A stretch of DNA of 53,335 bases from a virus (taxonomy: Duplodnaviria; Caudoviricetes): positions 1 through 53,335 of IMG/VR virus record IMGVR_UViG_3300032326_001284; one strand, written 5' to 3'. This document shows positions 1-8,767 of this stretch, piece after piece (position 1 is the first letter of the stretch; the number at the start of each line of letters is the position of its first letter). The notes under the pieces are model-generated. The model saw only the letters and a list, made by a program, of their open reading frames with translations, was not told the DNA's origin and searched no databases. The translations under genes and the position numbers were made by a program.

Positions 1-324
1 CAACAAAAAGGTATCAGTTCTAAAGTTGGTAAAGGGTATGCGGGTAACGAGGGAACATACAACGGTGGTTATAATTTAAGAAGATGGAACGTGTTTACTG
101 AAACAAACTTAGGTAATGTGGCAAAACCACATGGAAATTGTGGAGAAGAAAATTTTACTCTGGGACAAGACCATCAGTATATGCTAGGGAATTATGATGG
201 TTTACAAAATAACACAAGTTGGAAATTTATTTATTCAACAGACACGGGAACTGTTAACCCATCTGGTTTAGCTCCGGGAGTTAATGGGGGAACATCATCT
301 GGACATTGTGGTTGGAGAACATAA
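1..324 (+). CDS. 5'-truncated fibre/beta-propeller-like paralog 1 (SSGHCGWR family)
   Basis: Frame 1 is open from base 1 (QQKGISSKVGKGYAGNEG...) to TAA at 324 and closely matches the C-termini of the next two ORFs. Confidence 0.8.
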   Translation, partial: QQKGISSKVGKGYAGNEGTYNGGYNLRRWNVFTETNLGNVAKPHGNCGEENFTLGQDHQYMLGNYDGLQNNTSWKFIYSTDTGTVNPSGLAPGVNGGTSSGHCGWRT

Positions 325-330
325 AATTTG

Positions 331-338
331 TATTTATA
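331..338 (+). promoter_or_regulatory. TATTTATA putative late promoter
   Basis: Motif starts 12 nt before ATG 343; the same motif and spacing recur at many genes. Confidence 0.6.
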
Positions 339-342
339 AGAT

Positions 343-1449
343 ATGCTACACGAAAATATAGAAATAAGTGGTTCGTTAAGAGGACAAGGGGTAACCAAAC
401 CACCAATAGGGACAAGAGCCAATAGACCAGGTAGTCCACAAACGGGTTCTTTATATTTAGAACAAGCTGCTAGTGGTAGCTTTTTAATGGTTTATGTTGG
501 TGTAAGTAATAACGATAGTGGTTGGGTTAGAGTATCATCCCAAGTAAATGCCAATGTTAGTTTTAAATTCAGACAGATAATTAGTACATCTTTCCTTGCT
601 GGAGGTTATAAAAACTCTTCTCCTTGGAAAAATGTCCACAAAACAATTAATGCGACCGATCAGACAACACACATTGGTGAGTTATTAGATTTTCCTGCGT
701 CGTATACATCTGGAGCTTGTAGTAAATATATTTTTTTTGTTTGGTCTGTCAATGAAGACAACGCTTTTAAGGGGCCAAGTGATGTTAATGGTGTGAGAAC
801 ATCTGCAATTAATATGGCAAACGATACCAAGTATGCACATAATTCTAAGTTTAACATAACAACAGCTAGAAGCGATGTTGGAACTATGCACAAAGAAACT
901 GAAATTGCATATCTATTTACAGGCGGTAGCTCCACTGTTGAAAAATTTGACCTAAGTACGGAGACAATTGCAACTGGTTTTAATTTATCAACAATAAATG
1001 GTGGTGATGGTGGTTCAGCATTTTCTGATGAAAATTTTGGATACGGTTGGACATCTAGTGAAGGAATTAAAATGAGTTTTGCCACAGAAACATTTACATC
1101 ATCTGGAATGTGGGGGGCACATTCACAACAGAAGGGAATAAGTTCTAAAGTTGGAAAAGGTTACGCCGGAAATGAGGGGTCTTATAGCGGCGGTTACAAT
1201 CTTAGACGATGGAGCAACGCGAACGACACCAATCTCGGTAACGTAACAAAACCACATCCAAACTGCGGCGAAGAAAATTTTACAATGGGACAAGATCACC
1301 AATATATGTTGGGTAATTATGATGGCGCTCAAAATAATACAAGTTGGAAATTTTATTACTCAACGGACACCGGGACGACCAGCGTAAGCGGTCTAGCCCC
1401 TGGCGTAAATGCGGGGACATCATCCGGACATTGTGGTTGGAGAGCATAA
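343..1449 (+). CDS. Putative virion fibre/beta-propeller protein, paralog 2
   Basis: N-terminal PxGTRANRPxSP..GSLY motif typical of phage fibre proteins; kelch-like LAGGY and TGG..VEKF blades; G/S/N/T-rich. Confidence 0.65.
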   Translation: MLHENIEISGSLRGQGVTKPPIGTRANRPGSPQTGSLYLEQAASGSFLMVYVGVSNNDSGWVRVSSQVNANVSFKFRQIISTSFLAGGYKNSSPWKNVHKTINATDQTTHIGELLDFPASYTSGACSKYIFFVWSVNEDNAFKGPSDVNGVRTSAINMANDTKYAHNSKFNITTARSDVGTMHKETEIAYLFTGGSSTVEKFDLSTETIATGFNLSTINGGDGGSAFSDENFGYGWTSSEGIKMSFATETFTSSGMWGAHSQQKGISSKVGKGYAGNEGSYSGGYNLRRWSNANDTNLGNVTKPHPNCGEENFTMGQDHQYMLGNYDGAQNNTSWKFYYSTDTGTTSVSGLAPGVNAGTSSGHCGWRA

Positions 1450-1462
1450 AAATAATTAAATT

Positions 1463-2572
1463 ATGATATACGAGAATTTAGAAGTTAGTGGTAGTTTAAC
1501 ATCAGATAGAGTTATTAATAGACCACCTAAAGGAACTAGGGCAAATAGACCAAGCTCTCCGCTATCCGGATCTTTATACTTAGAGGAATCTAACAGCGGT
1601 AGTTTTTTAATGTTATATACCGGGGTATCAAATATTGATAATGGATGGGAAAGAATTGCGGCGCAAGAACCTGTGCCAATAGCATTTAAATATAGACAAA
1701 TTTTAGCATATACATATTTGGCTGGAGGTTATAAAGACGCGTCACCATGGAGAAACGTTCATAAAACAACAAACTCAACGAGTCAAACAACACACATTGG
1801 TGAGTTGTTGGATTATCCAGTTTCTTATACCTCTGGCGCATGTAATAAAACAATATTATTTATTTGGTCCGTAAATGATGATGGGGCATGGAAAGGTCCT
1901 GATAGTGTTCATGGAACCAGAACATCTGCCATCAACATGTTTAATGATACAAACTACGCACATCAAACAAAATTTAATACTGGTATAGCTAGAAGTGACG
2001 TCGCTACCATGCAAAAAGAAACCGAGTTCGCTTATTTAATTTCAGGCGGATCTACTTCAATTGAAAAATTTAATTTATCAAATGAAAGTTATGTGAGTGG
2101 ATTTGGGGTAACATCTATTAATGGTTCTGACGGAGGTGGTGCGTTTTTTGACGAAAGTTTTGGTTATGCTTGGACGTCAAGTGCCGGTATTAAATTTAAC
2201 TTTTCGAATGAAACACCAAGTTCTTCTACTCACTGGTCAGCACACGCTCAACAAAAGGGAATAAGCTCTAAAGTGGGTAAAGGTTACTGTGGTAACGAAG
2301 GTTCATACAATGGTGGCTACAATTTAAGAAGATGGAGTAACGCCACAGATACAAACATTGGCAACGTAGCAAAACCTCACCCCAATTGTGGTGAAGAAAA
2401 CTTTGGAATGGGCCAAGACTGGCAATACATGTTAGGGAATTATGATGGCACAGGTCAAAATAACAGTAGTTGGCAATTTGTTTATGCAACAGATACTGGA
2501 TCAAATGCAGTTACCGGATTAGCGCCTAGAGTTAATGCTGGAACATCATCTGGGCATTGTGGATGGAGATAA
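1463..2572 (+). CDS. Putative virion fibre/beta-propeller protein, paralog 3
   Basis: Colinear and highly similar to 343-1449 over its full length; ends SSGHCGWR. Confidence 0.65.
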   Translation: MIYENLEVSGSLTSDRVINRPPKGTRANRPSSPLSGSLYLEESNSGSFLMLYTGVSNIDNGWERIAAQEPVPIAFKYRQILAYTYLAGGYKDASPWRNVHKTTNSTSQTTHIGELLDYPVSYTSGACNKTILFIWSVNDDGAWKGPDSVHGTRTSAINMFNDTNYAHQTKFNTGIARSDVATMQKETEFAYLISGGSTSIEKFNLSNESYVSGFGVTSINGSDGGGAFFDESFGYAWTSSAGIKFNFSNETPSSSTHWSAHAQQKGISSKVGKGYCGNEGSYNGGYNLRRWSNATDTNIGNVAKPHPNCGEENFGMGQDWQYMLGNYDGTGQNNSSWQFVYATDTGSNAVTGLAPRVNAGTSSGHCGWR

Positions 2573-2575
2573 TAG

Positions 2576-2604
2576 TTGACATTATGAAAAAATTTGAGTA
2601 TATT
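2576..2604 (+). promoter_or_regulatory. Sigma70-like promoter TTGACA-N17-TATATT
   Basis: Perfect -35, 17-nt spacer, upstream of ATG 2621. Confidence 0.7.
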
Positions 2605-2620
2605 AAATAAAAAAACAAAT

Positions 2621-3385
2621 ATGGAACAAGGTTACAAATATGACAGATCTAACTTCATCAATAATCCTTTTGATGAAAAATTAATGCAAATATCTGAAGA
2701 CATGTCTTTCGCACTACCAAAATACAAAGCATACAATTTCGTTGGCGGGGCACAAATAACACCATATGCAAGATTAAAACAATGGCTTTTGGAATTAAGA
2801 GGTAGGGAAGATGCTGTTGAACATTTGGAATATACAGTAAGAAAAGCAGAACTAGAAATTCAAATGGATGAGGAGAGTAAAGAATTTATTACCGACGCTA
2901 AAAGAAAAGAAATGGTTGATTTAACCATTGCCGACAAACGTGTTGATTTAAGAAAGTTTAAAAGAAATTTAAAAGATGCATATATTGAAAGACAAGGGTT
3001 TATAGATTTGATTAAAGAATATTTGGAAACAGATGATGCTGTTCTTCCAGATGGCACAAAATTAATTGACGTTTTTGGTAACAAAGCATTGGAAGAAAAA
3101 TATGAACATGAATATTGGACAGTTCGTATGGCTAAACAAGCTATGTTAGATATGATTTCATATGGTAGAATTGGTACTGGTAACTTAGATTCAATTCTTA
3201 TGATGGACCCAGAACAACAAAAGCAAGTCTTAACACTAGCTTCAGCATATACAATTTCAATTGACAAAAACATTAATCAATTAATGTCAGAAGCAACAAC
3301 AAATAATTTTTCAATTGAAGAGTCATTAAAGAATCAATTGAAATTAACAGAGCCGAATAAAATAGAAACAGAAAAATTATTATAA
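2621..3385 (+). CDS. Coiled-coil hypothetical protein, possible fibre chaperone
   Basis: ATG at 2621 after an A-rich leader; helical and charged; stop overlaps the next start. Confidence 0.6.
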   Translation: MEQGYKYDRSNFINNPFDEKLMQISEDMSFALPKYKAYNFVGGAQITPYARLKQWLLELRGREDAVEHLEYTVRKAELEIQMDEESKEFITDAKRKEMVDLTIADKRVDLRKFKRNLKDAYIERQGFIDLIKEYLETDDAVLPDGTKLIDVFGNKALEEKYEHEYWTVRMAKQAMLDMISYGRIGTGNLDSILMMDPEQQKQVLTLASAYTISIDKNINQLMSEATTNNFSIEESLKNQLKLTEPNKIETEKLL

Positions 3386-4125
3386 TGACACACATACTTT
3401 TTAAAGTTCAAGGAAATGTTCCAGGTTACATACACGTAGTTGGAATGTACTTAAATTACAATTATGGTAGAATAGCAGATGAATACAACGACATGAGAGT
3501 TGAATTAAACAAACTTGGGGCGATCGTTATACCAGAAGAAGTCGCTAGAGGATTTGTTTTTGCGGACATATATAAAGATTATATTAGTGTTAGAACTAAC
3601 TCACATATTATGGATGAGATTCCGCAGTTAGCAGAATCTGGTGAAGTAGAAACAGAAAAAGTAAAACATTTTCTCACGGATGAAGACAAAGCATCTAGTG
3701 TAGCATTTAACAAAGCTGTTATGAAAAAAGTAGTTGCTGATAGATTCTCTGAAAGGTATAAAGAACTTATGCTTGATGCTTCTGTGTTAGAAAAAGACAC
3801 ATGGGAAGAACAGAAAAGAGAAGCGTTTGGTTGGATTGCAGATGATGATTATCAAACACCAATTATTGATATTTTATCTGCTGGCAGAAATATTGATAAA
3901 GCAACATTCATACAAAAAATAATTAACAATGTCACATCGTACAATACAAAATTGGCTAATTTATTGTTAGAACAACAACTATTAGAAGAAAGAATTAAAG
4001 CATGTGAAACTATTGCTGATTGTCACAGACTTAAGCATGAGAAGTTTGGCGTTGCAATGAGTAAGCAACAAAGAGAAGATGAAAATGTTGAAACAACTCC
4101 TCTTACATTGAAAATGGACTTTTAA
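3385..4125 (+). CDS. Tail-fibre-assembly-like protein
   Basis: C-terminal half (EKDTWEEQKREA...TPIIDILSAGRNI...KII) resembles proteins encoded beside phage tail fibres. Confidence 0.5.
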   Translation: MTHILFKVQGNVPGYIHVVGMYLNYNYGRIADEYNDMRVELNKLGAIVIPEEVARGFVFADIYKDYISVRTNSHIMDEIPQLAESGEVETEKVKHFLTDEDKASSVAFNKAVMKKVVADRFSERYKELMLDASVLEKDTWEEQKREAFGWIADDDYQTPIIDILSAGRNIDKATFIQKIINNVTSYNTKLANLLLEQQLLEERIKACETIADCHRLKHEKFGVAMSKQQREDENVETTPLTLKMDF

Positions 4126-4135
4126 ATTATAGTTA

Positions 4136-5137
4136 ATGAATTTAGCGATAAATGGAACTTGTGCTAAAGGTTGTTCATTTTGTTTTACTAAAGAAGACGC
4201 AAGGTTAAAACACACATTAGGTGAAATGGATATAGAAATGGTCGATAAAATTATCGACCATTATCGTCTAAATAACTCTAATGAAGAAATTACAATACTT
4301 GGGGGTGAACCAACACAGCATTCAAATTTTATTGGGATATTAGATCATATTTTTGCTAGAGGGTTTAAAGTAAACCTTGTTAGTAATTTTTTATTTAGTA
4401 AAACCACCAGAGAATACTTGATAGAAAATATTAAGAACATTAGGTGGGCGTTCCCCAATGCAGCAGAACTTAATGAGAAAAATAGAATGGTTTTATTTAA
4501 AAAAAACTATCTAGAAATTTATAAAGCATATGCAAATACATGGGGATTTGAAAATCACCCAAGACTTTACTTGGCATTGACTATGTCAAGCGATTGGAAG
4601 AGTAGAAATTTCTACGAATATGTAAAGTGGATGTACCATGAACTAGATGGTAAAATAAACGCAATAAGACTTGGATTAGATTTGACAGGAACTTATCTCA
4701 TCAACAATAAAGAGATGGGAGAAGAAATGACCAAAATACTTAAATTTGGTTTGTATAATCAAATAAAGATCACATCAGATTGTCAGGTACCCCCATGCTT
4801 ATGGGAGGGCAAAACAAAAAAAGCTGTTCAAGAGAATTCGTTAAACTTCGCAACCTTTAAAATACCTGAGTATGAAACAATATGCGGCTTTATGCCGTTG
4901 GATATTTTTCCAGACGGAAGTTCAATTCACTGTTACCCGTTAGAAGATAAAGTAAAAATCAAAAACGTTTTGGAAATATCGGGGGAAAATAGTATATTAG
5001 GTCTGAGGGAAGAGTTTGATAAACTCTATATCGATAATCATAAAAATTATTCAATCCCACAGGATTGTTTAGATTGTGTTTTTTATAAAACAGAATGTAA
5101 CGGAATATGTGGTGGTTGTATGGAAGGTAGCAAATGA
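4136..5137 (+). CDS. Radical SAM protein with SPASM-like C-terminus
   Basis: CAKGCSFC (CxxxCxxC), GGEP motif, C-terminal CxxC-x5-C-x3-C-xx-C. Confidence 0.9.
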   Translation: MNLAINGTCAKGCSFCFTKEDARLKHTLGEMDIEMVDKIIDHYRLNNSNEEITILGGEPTQHSNFIGILDHIFARGFKVNLVSNFLFSKTTREYLIENIKNIRWAFPNAAELNEKNRMVLFKKNYLEIYKAYANTWGFENHPRLYLALTMSSDWKSRNFYEYVKWMYHELDGKINAIRLGLDLTGTYLINNKEMGEEMTKILKFGLYNQIKITSDCQVPPCLWEGKTKKAVQENSLNFATFKIPEYETICGFMPLDIFPDGSSIHCYPLEDKVKIKNVLEISGENSILGLREEFDKLYIDNHKNYSIPQDCLDCVFYKTECNGICGGCMEGSK

Positions 5138-6174
5138 CAAAGAAAATATTTTCAATACCGTTTAATCCGATGTTAACGGAGGATATGTTTATAAATGAGT
5201 TTTATCCATTCTTAGAAAGAAATAAAGAGTGGATCTATGACATTTATTTCACATGTAGAATCCCACCATTCACGCAGGATGCGATGGGTGCAGTATTCAA
5301 AGAAGAGGACAGAGATATTGTATTTGAAAATGCAATGATAATTCAAAAGTCTTTGGGGATTAAAATAAGTGCAACATTTAACAATGTTAACATCTCACCA
5401 AATTTTCAGAATTATAAATTGTTTGTTGATAATCTAAAACCCTTATATGAAAAGGGTTTGAGGTGCATAACCATACCACATGGTCACTGGGTTGCAATGG
5501 GGTTAAAGAAACATTTTCCTGAGATGGAAATTAAAAATACCATATTAAGAAAGGTTGCAACTGGACAAGACTTTTGGTATAATGCTGATCAAGGGTTTGA
5601 TTATATTAACCTTGATAGAATTTTAATGAGAGATGTCGAAGAACTAAAAAACATCAAAAGAGCACAATTAAAATACCAAGAAGATAAAGGTAGATATGTG
5701 AAAATATCGTTGCTTGTAAATGAGGGTTGTTTGGGTAGATGCCCAGTAATGGATGAACATTACACATACAATAACTTAAGAACAAATAATGAGTTACCAT
5801 ACTTTCATCATGAGATATCTAAAGTAACTTGTGAGCATAAATGGGAAAAAGATATCAATGCATTCTTTTTTAAGACTGGGACAATTCCACCATTTAAAGA
5901 AGAGTTTGATGAGTTCTTGGAATATATCGATGTGTTCAAAATGCATGGTAGGGATAGCTTCAATCGTTTAAAAGAAACGATGGAAATTGTTGACTCATAT
6001 GTTCAGGGTAAAGAAGTTCTATCAGATACATCACACATTTATCTTGACGGTATTCCTCATGAAGAACTAAAGGGTTGGAGAAATAAAATAAAAAAATGTA
6101 AATTCCAATGTTGGGATTGTAACTATTGTGATATTGTTGCAGACCATAAAAAGAAATCATATGGACTTAGTTAA
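5134..6174 (+). CDS. Peptidase U32-like Fe-S protein
   Basis: NEGCLGRC, FKMHGR (cf. U32 KIEGR), INLDR, C-terminal CKFQCWDCNYC. Confidence 0.7.
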   Translation: MTKKIFSIPFNPMLTEDMFINEFYPFLERNKEWIYDIYFTCRIPPFTQDAMGAVFKEEDRDIVFENAMIIQKSLGIKISATFNNVNISPNFQNYKLFVDNLKPLYEKGLRCITIPHGHWVAMGLKKHFPEMEIKNTILRKVATGQDFWYNADQGFDYINLDRILMRDVEELKNIKRAQLKYQEDKGRYVKISLLVNEGCLGRCPVMDEHYTYNNLRTNNELPYFHHEISKVTCEHKWEKDINAFFFKTGTIPPFKEEFDEFLEYIDVFKMHGRDSFNRLKETMEIVDSYVQGKEVLSDTSHIYLDGIPHEELKGWRNKIKKCKFQCWDCNYCDIVADHKKKSYGLS

Positions 6175-6826
6175 ACATATCGACGATTCAATTGAATGGG
6201 GCGAATTAGAAGTATCTAAATTGACTCAAGATATTTTAGATATACATGGAATCACCAGTAACAAGGTGAGATCTTTTCTCAATAACATTTGCAACATTGA
6301 TAATGCAACATATCTTGAGGTTGGTGTATTTCGAGGGGCCACATTCTGTTCCGCCATTTATGGTAATAACATTTACTCAATCGCAATAGATAATTTTATG
6401 TCGCCTAATCTAACACCTAAAGGAGTGAGCCAAAAATTAGGTAACTATTATAAACACAATATTGATATTTTACCACAAGAAGATTTTTTAAATAATGTTA
6501 AAAAATTTGGCGACGTTAAAAAAATATCAGTATATAAAACAGATTATCACACATTTGATTTTAAATCATTATCAAATGTGGACATCATTTTTTATGATGG
6601 TGAAACAAAATACCATGACCAATATGTTGCATTAACAAATATGTTACCGATTTTCTCAGATGAAACAATTATTATAATGGATGATTGGAATTGGGATAGT
6701 GGAGCCTTTGAAAAATTTGTTGAGGACAATAATTTATTTATAAAACACTCTAGACAATTATTCACATCTGGAGAAGATTCTAAAGACTTTTGGAATGGTT
6801 TAGGTATATTTTTAATAGAGAGATAG
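6161..6826 (+). CDS. Class I SAM-dependent methyltransferase (Methyltransf_24-like)
   Basis: YLEVGVFRGAT, IFYDG and MDDW motifs; ATG at 6161. Confidence 0.85.
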   Translation: MDLVKHIDDSIEWGELEVSKLTQDILDIHGITSNKVRSFLNNICNIDNATYLEVGVFRGATFCSAIYGNNIYSIAIDNFMSPNLTPKGVSQKLGNYYKHNIDILPQEDFLNNVKKFGDVKKISVYKTDYHTFDFKSLSNVDIIFYDGETKYHDQYVALTNMLPIFSDETIIIMDDWNWDSGAFEKFVEDNNLFIKHSRQLFTSGEDSKDFWNGLGIFLIER

Positions 6827-6855
6827 TTGATTATGTAACATTTTTTGTTTATATT
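6827..6855 (+). promoter_or_regulatory. Promoter TTGATT-N17-TATATT upstream of the tRNA and TonB receptor
   Basis: Consensus spacing, ends 14 nt before the tRNA. Confidence 0.6.
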
Positions 6856-6869
6856 AATAATAATTGTAA

Positions 6870-6959
6870 GGGGAGGTGGGTGAGTGGTTTAAACCGACAG
6901 CCTCCGAAGCTGTTATTGGACTTAACATTCAATCGAGAGTCCGAATCTCTTCCTCCCCG
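6870..6959 (+). tRNA. Class II (Ser-like) tRNA with CCG anticodon
   Basis: Acceptor GGGGAGG/CCTCCCC plus G73; D-arm GGT-GAGTGGTTTAA-ACC; anticodon arm ACAGC-CTCCGAA-GCTGT; variable stem ATTGGA/TTCAAT; T-arm GAGAG-TCCGAAT-CTCTT; CCA not encoded. Confidence 0.85.
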
Positions 6960-6992
6960 CAATTTTATAAACTTTTCTTAAACAAAAACAAA

Positions 6993-8765
6993 ATGAGAAA
7001 AACAATCACAATGCTATCGCTAATGTTAGCACTATTGTTTACTACCACTATGTCATTTGGACAAAAAGGCAACAGTACAACTCAAAAAGACACAGCTTCA
7101 ATAGAATTAAAAGAAGTTGTTGTTGTTGGTGGCACCAACTATCAGGTGCAACAAGTAATAAAAAATCCGAAAGTATATTTGAACTCTGCACGCATTCAAG
7201 AAACAAGTCCGGGACAATTAAGTCCATATGTTGGTGCGTTTACTGGTAATCAAGTTGACCAATCAATTAATGGTATTAGGGTTAATAACGGTTTGTTTAG
7301 AACCGGGCCAAACCAATATTTTGGATGGGTTCCATTAGAATTTACAAAGTTAATTTCTATTACAGATGGTGGTAATATTGGTGGAACAATCGAAAGAAAG
7401 GTTGGGGTACAATCATCACATGTTGGATTAAATTATGTGGGTGGTACGGATGGATTTAGCCAATCAGCATCTTATAAAGGTAAGAAATTTGGTATTGGTT
7501 TTAACAACATCGATTATGGTAATGTTATATCTCCAGATAGTACATTTCAACACAGTGCTTACAACCAAAAAGCATTGGTGTCTGAAGCCAACTGGTCTTC
7601 AACACAAAAAACAACTTTAATTTTTTCACAATCAAATGATTTAGAAAGAACAGATAGATGGAACGGTGGTTTCAGAAGTTCTGGTTATCAAAGACCGGCG
7701 GTTTATACGTGGGAACTACAAAGATATTTGTTTGTTAATCATGAGATGAATTTAAACAGACTACGCGTGAATCTTGCATATCAAAATAGTGCGGAAGATA
7801 TTTTAGATGGGACAAAAAAAGTTGCTAGTCGTCTAGAAGCATATACCGCAAATCTTGAATATCAATTACCACATTCATTTAGTATATATTCAACAAACAC
7901 AATTGAAAAAATCAGATATGAAAATGGTTTAGTTGGCGGGGTATCAAACGATGATTATAAAACAACAAAGCATGGTATTCGTTGGATTAATGAAATTGGT
8001 AAAGTAAAAGTTTACACAAGTTTAGGATTAAAGAATGTTCAAATAACTGATATTGATCCATTTAATGGTTTTGAATATTCAGCAATTGTTGGATACAAAG
8101 GTCTATTTGCAAGTTATGACAATAGCTTAAACGCACCAAGTTATTTGATGATTAAACAAGCAATGACAAATGGTAGAGGCACACAATTACCAAACCCGGA
8201 TTTAATACAAGAGAGAGGTCAAACATATCGATTTGGTTATAAAAGAAGTAATTTATATTTTGATGTTTACTTCAAAGAATTAGATGATGCATTTAATGTA
8301 ACCGTACTATCGACAAACGTATTTAGGACCGATAACATTGGTGGTGTCTCAGTAAATGGCACAACTTTAGGTTATTTTAATGATAGTTTGTTTGGAACTA
8401 AACTAGGTGTGAATGCTAGAGCAGAATATATTTATGGTGTTAAAAGATTAACAGGAACAACAGAACCAGTTGATAAAACAGTACCATATTTTGGCTACAT
8501 CAAACTAAATTATAATAAGCTATGGGTGGAAGGTAGATATCAACCAATTGATCAATCTTTATCATTTGCAGATAGAAATGATGTTCGACAATTTTTACAC
8601 AATAAAGGTGTGAGATTGGTGAACATTGGATACACCACAAAGTATAAAAATTTAGAATACACAATGTTGTTTTATAACTTATTTAATGATGCTAGTAGAG
8701 TCTGGGGGTCATCAGTAGATTTACCAACAAGAAGTATTAATTTAAATCTTAAATATAATTTCTAA
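6993..8765 (+). CDS. TonB-dependent outer-membrane receptor
   Basis: Signal peptide ending FG/Q, LKEVVV TonB-box-like segment, plug-like INGIRVNN..FRTGPNQY, NPDL..E and NLFN motifs, terminal Phe; the ORF-track start at 6876 lies inside the tRNA. Confidence 0.85.
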   Translation: MRKTITMLSLMLALLFTTTMSFGQKGNSTTQKDTASIELKEVVVVGGTNYQVQQVIKNPKVYLNSARIQETSPGQLSPYVGAFTGNQVDQSINGIRVNNGLFRTGPNQYFGWVPLEFTKLISITDGGNIGGTIERKVGVQSSHVGLNYVGGTDGFSQSASYKGKKFGIGFNNIDYGNVISPDSTFQHSAYNQKALVSEANWSSTQKTTLIFSQSNDLERTDRWNGGFRSSGYQRPAVYTWELQRYLFVNHEMNLNRLRVNLAYQNSAEDILDGTKKVASRLEAYTANLEYQLPHSFSIYSTNTIEKIRYENGLVGGVSNDDYKTTKHGIRWINEIGKVKVYTSLGLKNVQITDIDPFNGFEYSAIVGYKGLFASYDNSLNAPSYLMIKQAMTNGRGTQLPNPDLIQERGQTYRFGYKRSNLYFDVYFKELDDAFNVTVLSTNVFRTDNIGGVSVNGTTLGYFNDSLFGTKLGVNARAEYIYGVKRLTGTTEPVDKTVPYFGYIKLNYNKLWVEGRYQPIDQSLSFADRNDVRQFLHNKGVRLVNIGYTTKYKNLEYTMLFYNLFNDASRVWGSSVDLPTRSINLNLKYNF

Positions 8766-8767
8766 TT

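Noticed and set aside
1-2572. Diversity-generating retroelement template/variable repeats
   Set aside because: The repeats are whole coding paralogs with mostly synonymous, non-adenine-specific differences, and no reverse transcriptase is present in the window
6870-6959. tRNA-Sec or tRNA-Ser(CGA) reading
   Set aside because: No TCA anticodon and a 7/5 fold; in the 7-nt loop CTCCGAA the CGA is off-register by one
6876-6992. N-terminal extension of the TonB receptor ORF, and ORF 6790-6981
   Set aside because: They overlap the tRNA; the signal peptide begins at ATG 6993
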